From NCBI GenBank assembly GCA_964625335.1, contig CAZVBE010000001.1, positions 28,463 through 92,462 on the forward strand: a stretch of DNA of 64,000 bases, read 5' to 3'. The stretch's first letter is position 1, and every line of letters starts with the position of its first letter. A program made the position numbers and the translations under genes. Under the pieces are notes generated by a model. The model was not told the DNA's origin. It searched no databases and saw nothing but the letters and a program-made list of their open reading frames with translations. The DNA comes from an uncultured Clostridium sp. GTDB lineage: Bacteria; Bacillota; Clostridia; Ch29. Below are positions 49,521-58,363 of this stretch, in pieces.

Positions 49521-51455
49521 GTGGCGAAATCGCGGATTCTATTCGTGTCAACATACCCTGAACTGACTGCCATGGCCAGTGATATTTCAGATGAACTGCG
49601 TATACCTTTGAGCATATACGAAGGTGGAATAATGAGAAACGGCCATCTTTACGCCAGGGAAAAGGAAAGGGAACTGGATGTGATAATAAGCTGCGGGGCC
49701 ACAGCTGCAGCTATCAAAGAGCTTGTCAGCATACCCGTAGTCTCGGTGGAAACCGGCACGGTGGATTTTCTAAATGCACTTATAAAGGCCAGGGAGTATG
49801 GAGACAGGATAGGACTTGTCAGTTATAAAAGTGAGAAGCTTGAAAACCTTGAGAGTTTAAAAAATGCGCTGAATATAGACTTTATTGATTTCCCGTATTC
49901 CAACAAAGAGGAACTGGAAAAGCAGATGGAGGGCGCACTGGCCTTTGAAAAACTTACGGTGGTAAGCATGGGCAACTGTGTTATGGAGGTTGCCACGCAA
50001 AAGGGCCTAAGGGGCGTACTGATACATCACAGCAGGAGGTCTGTAGAGCAGGCGGTGATTGCAGCAAGAAATATAAGCGATTTAGGCAAAAGGGAGAAGG
50101 AACGGGCTGAGAGGCTAAAGGCGGTGATAGACTATTCCGGCGAAGGCATAGTAACTACCGACAAAAACGGCATTATAACAACCTTTAACCCTGCAGCGGA
50201 AAGAATATTCGAAATAACTGCATCAGGCATAGTGGGGAAACCCATCAGAAAGCTGGAGACAAACAGCAGCTTTGACGTTTTCTTTGGTGAGGGCAAACAG
50301 GAACTGGGAAGGCTTATCAAAGTCAACAATACACAAATCATCCTGAATAAAGTGCCCATAATAGTGGACAGCGAACAGACGGGAACCGTCTTTACCCTTC
50401 AGGAGGTCTCAAGGATACAAAAACTGGAGCATAAGGTAAGAAAGGAGCTGTATGCCAAAGGTCTGGTGGCCCGGTACCGCTTCGACGATATAATAGGGCA
50501 TGGCAGTGTTATAAGGGAGACGATAAACAAAGCCAAAAAATTCGGCAGAACGCCTGCAACCGTACTCATTGAAGGCGAGACCGGCAGCGGTAAGGAGCTT
50601 TTTGCCCAGAGCATACATAATATAAGCCCGCGGAGGGATGGCCCCTTTGTCGCAATAAACTGTGCAGCCCTGCCGGAGAATTTGCTGGAGAGCGAATTGT
50701 TCGGCTATGAAGAGGGAGCCTTTACCGGGGCAAAAAAGGGAGGTAAACCGGGGCTGTTTGAGCTGGCCCATGGCGGGACGATTTTTCTGGATGAAATAAG
50801 CCAGATTTCTCCGGGGCTTCAAAGCAGGCTTTTAAGGGTTTTGCAGGAAAGGGAAGTGCTGAGGATAGGAGGGGAATACATTCTTAACGTAGATACAAGG
50901 GTTATAGCCGCTACCAACAGCAACCTGTATGATCTGGTACAGAAAGGCAGGTTCCGGGAAGATTTGTTTTTCAGGATAAATGTACTCAACCTGAAGGTTC
51001 CGCCTCTAAGGGCAAGAAGAGATGACATCCCGATGCTGATAAGGCATCTTATTTCTAATGCCAATCATCGTCACGGCGCCCGTATAAGCGATATAACCGA
51101 TGGCGGTATGGAGCTTTTGAAAAAATATAATTGGCCGGGGAATGTCAGGGAGCTCGAAAATTTTACCGAGAAGATGGTAATACTCGCCGAGCAACCGGTG
51201 ATAGGTGAGGATTTCATCCAACAGCTGTTGTCCGATCATGTCGTTTACAGGGATACAGGCATTGAGACAGATAAGGAAAGGGACGATTTGATAGAGATTA
51301 GCATAGGCCCTTTAAAGGAAATGGAACTGCAAATTATTGAAGCCATAAGCAATAGGGTAAGGGGAGATAAAAAGCTACTTGCCGAAAAACTTGGGATTAG
51401 CAGGACAACCCTTTGGAAAAGGCTCAGGGAATTGGAGACCGGAGACGAACAGTAA
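49521..51455 (+). CDS. sigma-54-dependent transcriptional activator (PrpR_N-like sensor + PAS + AAA+ + Fis-type HTH; GTG start)
   Basis: [21 protein letters not shown] and C-terminal [16 protein letters not shown]. Confidence 0.9.
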   Translation: MAKSRILFVSTYPELTAMASDISDELRIPLSIYEGGIMRNGHLYAREKERELDVIISCGATAAAIKELVSIPVVSVETGTVDFLNALIKAREYGDRIGLVSYKSEKLENLESLKNALNIDFIDFPYSNKEELEKQMEGALAFEKLTVVSMGNCVMEVATQKGLRGVLIHHSRRSVEQAVIAARNISDLGKREKERAERLKAVIDYSGEGIVTTDKNGIITTFNPAAERIFEITASGIVGKPIRKLETNSSFDVFFGEGKQELGRLIKVNNTQIILNKVPIIVDSEQTGTVFTLQEVSRIQKLEHKVRKELYAKGLVARYRFDDIIGHGSVIRETINKAKKFGRTPATVLIEGETGSGKELFAQSIHNISPRRDGPFVAINCAALPENLLESELFGYEEGAFTGAKKGGKPGLFELAHGGTIFLDEISQISPGLQSRLLRVLQEREVLRIGGEYILNVDTRVIAATNSNLYDLVQKGRFREDLFFRINVLNLKVPPLRARRDDIPMLIRHLISNANHRHGARISDITDGGMELLKKYNWPGNVRELENFTEKMVILAEQPVIGEDFIQQLLSDHVVYRDTGIETDKERDDLIEISIGPLKEMELQIIEAISNRVRGDKKLLAEKLGISRTTLWKRLRELETGDEQ

Positions 51456-51619
51456 AACAGCTTGTTTACTGTTCCCGCGTTCAAAATATTAACATATATC
51501 CATGATTTATTAATAATTCAAACAACTATAAGTCCTGCGTTAAAAGGCAGGACTTTGTTATGGCAGGAAAGAGGAGGCTGGTCATAGGTTTTTATTATAA
51601 AAAATACCGGCTGAAAAAG

Positions 51620-51635
51620 TGGTATGGATTTTGCT
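51620..51635 (+). promoter_or_regulatory. sigma-54 (-24/-12) promoter
   Basis: TGGTAT-ggatt-TTGCT matches TGGCAC-N5-TTGCW. It lies ~69 nt upstream of the transporter ATG and downstream of the activator gene. Confidence 0.75.
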
Positions 51636-51703
51636 ACTATGAATCAGCGTAATGGTTCTGGAATAATACGCATTTCATCGAAACAGGGGAGGAAGGATGG
51701 AAA

Positions 51704-53116
51704 ATGTCTATACAGTTTTTAATTATTATTCTGTACTTTGCGCTGACGGTAGGCATTGGGGTATACGCACAAAAAAAATCCACAAGCTCGGATGCCTTTC
51801 ACGGAGCAAGGCTTGGTGTACTTATGTGCGTAGCAGCCGGGACGGGGGAATGGCTGGGCGGCACCTCAACCACCGGCGTATCCGAATACGGATACTCTTT
51901 CGGTATATCGGGGGCATGGTACTCAATAGCAAATGCCATCGGGGTAATGGTGCTGGCTCTTTTTTTTGCCAGGCTCTACAGGAGCCTTGAGACGGTAACG
52001 GTACCCGGGGTGGTGGAAAGGTTTATAGGTGTTAATGCAAGGGTGGCAGCCAGCGTGCTGCTTATATTTGTAATGATAGTGGTGGGGACGTCCCAGGTAA
52101 TAGCAGCCGGTACCCTGGGCGTAACGGTACTTGGTCTTGACTTCAACACATCGGTAATAGTACTTGGTATCGGCTTTATTATTTATACCCTTGCGGGGGG
52201 TATGAACGCTGTGGGATACACCAATATGCTGCATCTGTCTGCTATGTACGGAGGTGTAATACTGGCGTTAATACTGGTGGGCAGAGATATTGGAGGCATG
52301 CAGACATTTCAGAATGCGCTGCCGGCGCAGCCGTATTTCAGTTGGACGGGGATAGGTATGCCCAAGGTATCCTCCTGGATAATAGCATCCATACTGGGAG
52401 CGTGTACCGCCCAGGCCGGCATACAACCAATCCTGGCGGCGCGGGATGTCAAAGTGGCAAAAAGGGCTGCCATAATCACCGCCTTCGCCGTTGCCCCCTT
52501 TGGCATACTAACCGCTGCGCTGGGAATGGCGGCAAGGATAAAGTTTCCGGAGCTTGCCAATGCAAAGCTGGCCCTGCCCATGCTGATGATGAACATGCAG
52601 CCGTTGGCGGGGGGTATAGTGCTTGCATCCATAATGGCTGCCATACTTTCCACAGTTTCGCCGATAATTCTGGCGTCCGGCACCATGTTTACAAAGGACA
52701 TATATCAAAGAATACTAAGGCCGGACGCCCCCGACAAAAAAGTGCTGTTTATGTCGAGGCTGTCAACAGGCATTTCGGGCGGGCTGTGTATAATACTTGC
52801 ACTGCTAATGTATGGCAGCACCAGGATACTGGACATGGTATACTTTGCATACACCCTGAGGGGATCTCTGTTCGTGGTCCTTTTGTTCGCAATCTATTGG
52901 AAAAGGACATCTCCAAAGGGTGCCGTTATAGCTATGATAATCACCGGTATAGTGGGTTTATTCTGGGTTGCCTACAAAGCCATGTACGGGCAATTCCCCA
53001 TTCACCCTGCCGTTACCGAGACTTATGCATCGGTAATTGTGGCCTTTGTATCCACCATTGTACTGAGCTTCATATATAAGGATGGTAAACTCCACCATCA
53101 GACATCAAAGCATTAA
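51704..53116 (+). CDS. sodium:solute symporter (SSS) family transporter
   Basis: 470 aa with ~13 hydrophobic segments and an SSS-like N-terminus. Confidence 0.8.
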   Translation: MSIQFLIIILYFALTVGIGVYAQKKSTSSDAFHGARLGVLMCVAAGTGEWLGGTSTTGVSEYGYSFGISGAWYSIANAIGVMVLALFFARLYRSLETVTVPGVVERFIGVNARVAASVLLIFVMIVVGTSQVIAAGTLGVTVLGLDFNTSVIVLGIGFIIYTLAGGMNAVGYTNMLHLSAMYGGVILALILVGRDIGGMQTFQNALPAQPYFSWTGIGMPKVSSWIIASILGACTAQAGIQPILAARDVKVAKRAAIITAFAVAPFGILTAALGMAARIKFPELANAKLALPMLMMNMQPLAGGIVLASIMAAILSTVSPIILASGTMFTKDIYQRILRPDAPDKKVLFMSRLSTGISGGLCIILALLMYGSTRILDMVYFAYTLRGSLFVVLLFAIYWKRTSPKGAVIAMIITGIVGLFWVAYKAMYGQFPIHPAVTETYASVIVAFVSTIVLSFIYKDGKLHHQTSKH

Positions 53117-53142
53117 TAATTTGCGGAAGGGAGTTAAGAATT

Positions 53143-53355
53143 ATGAACAGGGTAACAGTAAACAGGTTGTGGTGCAAGAAATGCGGCATATGCATAGAGT
53201 ATTGTCCCGTAAAGGTGTTTACCGGGGAAATAGACGGCACACCGGTACCAACCTTTCAGGAAAGGTGTACCGGCTGCAGGATGTGTGTACTAAGGTGCCC
53301 GGATTTTGCACTCGAAGTGGAGGTGGACAGCGATGACGGAAGAAAACAGGATTAG
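53143..53355 (+). CDS. 2-oxoacid:ferredoxin oxidoreductase delta subunit (2x[4Fe-4S] ferredoxin)
   Basis: CKKCGICIEYCP and CTGCRMCVLRCP cluster motifs. Confidence 0.85.
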   Translation: MNRVTVNRLWCKKCGICIEYCPVKVFTGEIDGTPVPTFQERCTGCRMCVLRCPDFALEVEVDSDDGRKQD

Positions 53356-54481
53356 ATTTATCCAGGGTAACGAGGCCATAGCCGAAGGGGCAATAACGGC
53401 GGGTGCGAGGTTTTTCGCCGGATATCCTATAACCCCGTCCTCCGAGATAGCCGAGATATCCTCAAGGCGTTTGCCTGGAGTTGGCGGTGTGTATGTACAG
53501 ATGGAAGACGAAATAGGCAGCATAGCTGCTATTATCGGGGCCTCGGTCGCCGGCAAAAAATCATACACCGCCACCAGCGGACCAGGGTTTTCGTTGATGC
53601 AGGAAAATTTAGGCGTTGCGGTAATGGCGGAAGTGCCCTGCGTAATAATAAACGTACAGCGTTCAGGACCAAGCACAGGACTTGCCACAAAGCCCGCCCA
53701 GGGCGATGTGATGCAAAGCAGATGGGGCACCCACGGCGACCACGGTATAATAGTACTATCCCCGTCTTCGGTACAGGACTGTTTTGACCTAACTATAAGG
53801 GCCTTTAGCCTTGCGGAGAAGTACAGAACGCCGGTGGTGCTTCTGGCAGACGAGATTGTAGGGCATATGCGGGAAAAGGCGGTGATAAGAGAGCCGGGAC
53901 CCGGGGAGTTAACTGAACGCATTAAACCTATCTGCCATCCGGATGAATACAAACCCTTCGGGATGGATAAAGGGGGAATTGCCCCGTTGGCGGCCTATGG
54001 CGGCGAATACGTTTTCAGGGTTTCCGGATCCACCCATGATGAACTGGGCTTTGCGAGTAACAGACCGGAAAACGCCGATAGGTTCGTAAGACATTATACC
54101 GACAAGATAGAAAAGAACAAAGACGATATAGTAACGACAAGGGAGTACAACCTGTCGGATGCCGAATACACCATAATAAGCTTCGGCTGTACTGTGAGGT
54201 CCGCCCTGGAAGCGATGTCAATTTCACGTCGCCGGGGTAAAAAGGTTGGTGTGCTGGAGCTTGTTACGCTATGGCCCTTTGCCGACGGCAGGGTAAAAAG
54301 TGCATGCGAAGGCGCAAAGGCGGTAATAGTTCCGGAGATGAACCTTGGACAGGTGATAAGGGAGGTTCAAAGGGTGGTCAGGAAAGACATACCCATAGCA
54401 GGCGTCAATAAAGTGAACAGCCAGGCCATAACACCTGTGGAAATACTGGGCAAAATTGAGGAGGTGGCGAAATGTCTGTAA
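53333..54481 (+). CDS. 2-oxoacid:ferredoxin oxidoreductase alpha subunit
   Basis: ATG at 53333 follows GGAGGTGG. FIQGNEAIAEGAI...GYPITPSSEI N-terminus. Confidence 0.85.
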   Translation: MTEENRIRFIQGNEAIAEGAITAGARFFAGYPITPSSEIAEISSRRLPGVGGVYVQMEDEIGSIAAIIGASVAGKKSYTATSGPGFSLMQENLGVAVMAEVPCVIINVQRSGPSTGLATKPAQGDVMQSRWGTHGDHGIIVLSPSSVQDCFDLTIRAFSLAEKYRTPVVLLADEIVGHMREKAVIREPGPGELTERIKPICHPDEYKPFGMDKGGIAPLAAYGGEYVFRVSGSTHDELGFASNRPENADRFVRHYTDKIEKNKDDIVTTREYNLSDAEYTIISFGCTVRSALEAMSISRRRGKKVGVLELVTLWPFADGRVKSACEGAKAVIVPEMNLGQVIREVQRVVRKDIPIAGVNKVNSQAITPVEILGKIEEVAKCL

Positions 54482-55320
54482 TAAAATACGACGACTACCT
54501 GCTGAAGGAAAAGCTCCCTTTATTTTGGTGCGGCGGGTGCGGTAACGGAAATGTATTGGGTTCAATACTGCGCGCCTTTGCCAAGCTGCAGTTTGAAAGG
54601 CGCAATACCGTGGTGGTAACCGGCATAGGCTGTTGGGGAAAAGCGGACGACTATATAAACACCAACACCTTCCACGGTACCCATGGCAGGGCCCTTGCCT
54701 TTGCCACCGGTATAAAGCTTGCCAATCCAGAACTTAAGGTCCTTGCGCTGATGGGAGACGGTGACGGCGCCACCATAGGCGGAAACCACCTTATACATGC
54801 AGCCCGGCGTAATGTGGACATAACCGCAATAGTGGTAAACAACTTCAACTACGGCATGACCGGCGGGCAGTACTCGGGGACAACACCCGAAAACGCTTTT
54901 ACATCCACCTCGAGGTACGGACACATAGAGGAGGGCTTTGACCTGTGTAAGCTGGTGGAAGCGGCGGGTGCGCCCTTTGTGGCAAGGAGTACGGTATATA
55001 ACATAATACAGCTTGACAAACTGGTGGAAGAGGCCCTGAATAAAAAAGGCTTTTCTTTTCTGGAAGTCATAGCGCCGTGTCCAACCCATTTTGGCAGACT
55101 AAACCGCATGAAAACAGCGCCGCTTACGCTAATGTGGATAAAGGAAAACAGTATTACCCAAAAACAGGCCGGGAAGCTGTCTGACCAGGACAAACAGGGT
55201 AAATTCATAACAGGCAAATTCGCAGATATAGATAAAGAGGATTACAGCACCAAATATGAAAGACTGCAGAAGCTGGTGCAAAAATCAGAAGGAGGGGAGG
55301 ATTCGGTAAATGAAGGATAG
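54472..55320 (+). CDS. 2-oxoacid:ferredoxin oxidoreductase beta subunit (TPP-binding)
   Basis: WCGGCGNG, GIGCWG and GDGDGATIGGNH TPP motifs. Confidence 0.9.
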   Translation: MSVIKYDDYLLKEKLPLFWCGGCGNGNVLGSILRAFAKLQFERRNTVVVTGIGCWGKADDYINTNTFHGTHGRALAFATGIKLANPELKVLALMGDGDGATIGGNHLIHAARRNVDITAIVVNNFNYGMTGGQYSGTTPENAFTSTSRYGHIEEGFDLCKLVEAAGAPFVARSTVYNIIQLDKLVEEALNKKGFSFLEVIAPCPTHFGRLNRMKTAPLTLMWIKENSITQKQAGKLSDQDKQGKFITGKFADIDKEDYSTKYERLQKLVQKSEGGEDSVNEG

Positions 55321-55852
55321 GTGGGAGATAATATTAAGCGGGGTAGGCGGCCAGGGCCTTATTATGAGCGGTACCATACTGGGCCGGGCGGCAACCGTTT
55401 ATGAAGGCAAAAACGCTACCCTTACCTCTTCATACGGAATCGAAACCAGGGGTACCCTCGCAAAATCCGATGTAATAATCAGCGAAGAGGATATATACTT
55501 TCCCGAAGTTATGAAGGAAGACATTGTATTGGCGCTGGCTCCCGTTGCCTATGAAAGGTATATATCCTCCATGGACAAAGATGCTATGCTGATTTATGAC
55601 AGCAGTCTTATTACTGATATCAGGGAAACGGGTGTAAAGCAATACGGCTATCCAATAACCGATATAGCCCGTCAGCTAGGCAATGCCGCTGCGGCCAATA
55701 TGGCAGCCCTTGGTATTATCGTAAGAAAGACAGGCGTGGTATCCGAAGCCTCGGTTATTAAGGCTATAAATAATAGTTTTTCCAATAAGCCCCAGGTTAT
55801 CGAATTGAACCACAAGGCTTTCATGGAAGGTCTCCATCTGGTACAAGTTTAA
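55310..55852 (+). CDS. 2-oxoacid:ferredoxin oxidoreductase gamma subunit
   Basis: GVGGQGLIMSGTILG motif. Confidence 0.85.
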   Translation: MKDRWEIILSGVGGQGLIMSGTILGRAATVYEGKNATLTSSYGIETRGTLAKSDVIISEEDIYFPEVMKEDIVLALAPVAYERYISSMDKDAMLIYDSSLITDIRETGVKQYGYPITDIARQLGNAAAANMAALGIIVRKTGVVSEASVIKAINNSFSNKPQVIELNHKAFMEGLHLVQV

Positions 55853-55892
55853 ATATAGAGGGCAGCATCTGGTTATCAGGTGACAGACGGCA

Positions 55893-55936
55893 GATACACA
55901 AGAAAGCCTCCAAATGGCTTTCTTGTGTATCTTGTT
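55893..55936 (+). terminator. rho-independent terminator after the oxidoreductase operon
   Basis: 16-bp stem GATACACAAGAAAGCC-tccaaat-GGCTTTCTTGTGTATC followed by TTGTT. Confidence 0.8.
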
Positions 55937-55952
55937 ATAAAATCGGATTGCT

Positions 55953-56552
55953 GTGGAATATATTAGTAGAACAGATGAAATACAGAAATCAAAGCATGTT
56001 TTTGAAGGAATCCTGTCCGTCATCCGTAAGGCGGCAGAGCTTTTAAAAGATGGCAGGGCGGCTAAAAAAACGGATCTGGAAAATATATTCCCGGGACTGT
56101 GGACTAAACTGGAGGAACGTCTATACAGCCCCGATCCAGGCATGCCGGGCAATGTAGTGGCCATGGAGGCTTCCGGAGACGGAGGCGGTAAAGCTACTTA
56201 TTTTTTCAGGATAATGGACAGAAATGAATACCGGCAAAAAAGGGATAAATCAGAGCTGGCGGATATAACCAGCGAGTTTTTGATTAAGTTAAACCGATGC
56301 ATGCTGGAAATAAATTTCAGAAGGGAACCCATATACCTGACGGATGAGAAGATAAATCAGCCTTCGTATTCGAGGTATAGGGAATCCATCAGGCAGATAC
56401 CTTATTTGCAGACTTTAAGAAAGCATTTTATAGGAAGAGTTATACATGGTTCTTCAGAACAATGGGAGAAGGATGTTTTGGACCTGATGCAGTTTAATAT
56501 AAACGCCAGGGATAACGGGGAGAAGTGGAGCAAATCCTTATCCAGGGAATAG
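55953..56552 (+). CDS. hypothetical protein (GTG start uncertain); has a decayed paralogous copy at ~61410-61818
   Basis: 199-aa ORF. Nucleotide similarity to the downstream pseudogene copy shows it is a real, duplicated sequence. Confidence 0.55.
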   Translation: MEYISRTDEIQKSKHVFEGILSVIRKAAELLKDGRAAKKTDLENIFPGLWTKLEERLYSPDPGMPGNVVAMEASGDGGGKATYFFRIMDRNEYRQKRDKSELADITSEFLIKLNRCMLEINFRREPIYLTDEKINQPSYSRYRESIRQIPYLQTLRKHFIGRVIHGSSEQWEKDVLDLMQFNINARDNGEKWSKSLSRE

Positions 56553-56578
56553 CATTAACCATTAAGGAGGTGAGGCCT

Positions 56579-56905
56579 ATGGCAGGATACAAACATCCCT
56601 GCCGCTACTGCAACGAATTTATTCCTCCGGATTCAAACTATTGCCCCCTATGCAACAAGGTTAATCCCCTTGGGCAGCTGAGATGCCCCAAATGCAAAAA
56701 TCCAATCAGAAGAAGCTGGTCAAACTGCAGCCACTGTGGCATATCATTGACAATTACCTGTCCCAAATGCGGCAGTACAACCTTTTTCGGGGATTACTGC
56801 GACAATTGTGAAGAAAGACTAACCGTTACATGTCCCAACAGCAAATGTAATACAGTACAGCCTCCCGTTAGCGAACTATGCATAAAATGCAAGCAGCCGC
56901 TTTAA
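56579..56905 (+). CDS. multi-zinc-ribbon protein (double zinc-ribbon type)
   Basis: ATG follows AAGGAGGTG. Six or more CxxC pairs (CRYC, CPLC, CPKC, CSHC, CPKC, CDNC, CIKC). Confidence 0.7.
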   Translation: MAGYKHPCRYCNEFIPPDSNYCPLCNKVNPLGQLRCPKCKNPIRRSWSNCSHCGISLTITCPKCGSTTFFGDYCDNCEERLTVTCPNSKCNTVQPPVSELCIKCKQPL

Positions 56906-56930
56906 AATTAAAGGAAAGGATGGATATTAA

Positions 56931-57389
56931 GTGACATTAAAAGCGTTTACCAGTAATTATGCTGATAATAGTACCGAGGCAGGTTTCCAGTTTACTTTTT
57001 TTTGTGATATTTGCCGTGATGGGTATAAAACAAGCTTTGTCGAGTCCAAAACCCATAAGAAAGGAAAGCTTATAAAAGGTCTTGGAGCAGCTGCCCGGGT
57101 GGGGGCTTATGCCCTGGGTAAGCATAGTATTGGTTATAGTATTGACAGGGGCTCGAGTGTTATAACCGAGCGCTACAGGGGTATGTCTCCCGAGTGGCAT
57201 AAGGAGCATGAAGAGGCTTTTGAATTGGCCCAGAATGAAGCAAAGGGACATTTTACCCGCTGCCCTAAATGCATGAAATGGGTATGTGAAACTGACTGGA
57301 ATGAACAGGAGGGCCTCTGTGTTGTCTGCGCACCGCGCGTTAATGTGGAAGTGGTGCTGCCAAAGCGGAAAAAATGGTCTCAGATGTAA
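56931..57389 (+). CDS. hypothetical zinc-ribbon-containing protein (possibly the 5' part of a frameshifted gene)
   Basis: CDIC...CPKC...CVVC motifs. It overlaps the next ORF by 16 nt. Confidence 0.5.
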   Translation: MTLKAFTSNYADNSTEAGFQFTFFCDICRDGYKTSFVESKTHKKGKLIKGLGAAARVGAYALGKHSIGYSIDRGSSVITERYRGMSPEWHKEHEEAFELAQNEAKGHFTRCPKCMKWVCETDWNEQEGLCVVCAPRVNVEVVLPKRKKWSQM

Positions 57390-57595
57390 GGGCAAAGGCT
57401 TCCCAGACACAGGTGTTCACCGGTGAGATTGAGAGTAAGCAGACAGTATGCCCGCGATGCGGCAAACCATCGGGGGAAGGAAAATTCTGCAATAACTGCG
57501 GAGCCAACATGTCATTGACAGCGTGTGAAAAATGCGGTGCGGAAAGTCCATCGGGTACAAGATTTTGCGGAGAGTGCGGAAACCGGTTGGAATAG
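57374..57595 (+). CDS. zinc-ribbon protein (possibly the 3' part of a frameshifted gene)
   Basis: CPRCGK...CNNCG...CEKCG...CGECG. Its frame is open from 57344 and there reads ...AAKAEKMVSDVRAKAS. Confidence 0.5.
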   Translation: MVSDVRAKASQTQVFTGEIESKQTVCPRCGKPSGEGKFCNNCGANMSLTACEKCGAESPSGTRFCGECGNRLE

Positions 57596-57801
57596 GCAGG
57601 TGTTGCCCCGGGTATTATCTGCCGTTAAGCTACGGGAGTGCTCGGGAACTACCCGCCCCAAAAGCTTAAAAAAGTATACTATATTTGTTTGATGACAGGA
57701 CATATTATGAATACATGGATCTTATATATCCATTCAATTAAAAATTTTCGGATGGTTAAAATGCGACAGGGAGATGGTTCTCAGACTGTCGCATTTTTGG
57801 T

Positions 57802-58149
57802 TTACATGTTAGCCATTTTTCTGCATTCGTCTGCGCATGTTCGGCAGATATCCGCGCATTTCTGACAATGGTCGTCCTTGAACATGACGCATTCCTGCGC
57901 ACATTTATCGCAGACTTTAGCGCACAGCTGGCAGTGTTCCTTGGAAAACTGTCCCAGCATTGACATGGTTGATGCCGACATCTGGCACATCATGGCACAT
58001 TCAATCAGCATACTCACACAGCTTTTTCTGGCGCCCAGGTCGGGCTCATTAAGGCATGCGGAAAAACATTCATAACAAGCCTGGGCACACTTTGAGCAGG
58101 CATCTATACATGCCTGAAACTTATTGGTTGCCATTGTTACCATTCCCAT
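57802..58149 (-). CDS. Cys-rich four-helix-bundle copper-binding protein (DUF326 family)
   Basis: Repeated CxxC[AS]xxC helices (CIDACSKCAQACYEC, CAKVCDKCAQEC, CADICRTCADEC). Confidence 0.75.
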   Translation of the reverse strand: MGMVTMATNKFQACIDACSKCAQACYECFSACLNEPDLGARKSCVSMLIECAMMCQMSASTMSMLGQFSKEHCQLCAKVCDKCAQECVMFKDDHCQKCADICRTCADECRKMANM

Positions 58150-58363
58150 TTACATCCCTCCCCGAACATTTTGTTATTCAAAGATATTGTGCGGATTCCA
58201 ATGTATTTTATACCTTAGGAGATAACATACATTATTTTTATCAAGACATTATCCATCTAAAGAGACGGATAATGCTGTCTATTTTTTGGGAATACTGTCA
58301 TATAGAAACCTGAAAATCCGGATAATTTATCTTTGCAGATAAAACAATAAATGAGGTGCAGAA

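Noticed and set aside
52342-53079. 245-aa alternative-frame ORF inside the SSS transporter gene
   Set aside because: It is same-strand but out of frame with a convincing 470-aa membrane transporter. Its composition (Gly/Arg/His-rich) is typical of an off-frame read of a GC-biased membrane gene.
58150-58363. c-di-AMP (ydaO-type) riboswitch in front of opuA
   Set aside because: The leader is too short (~210 nt including the promoter) and lacks the pseudo-symmetric conserved cores as far as I can read. Only a simple hairpin plus T-run is seen.
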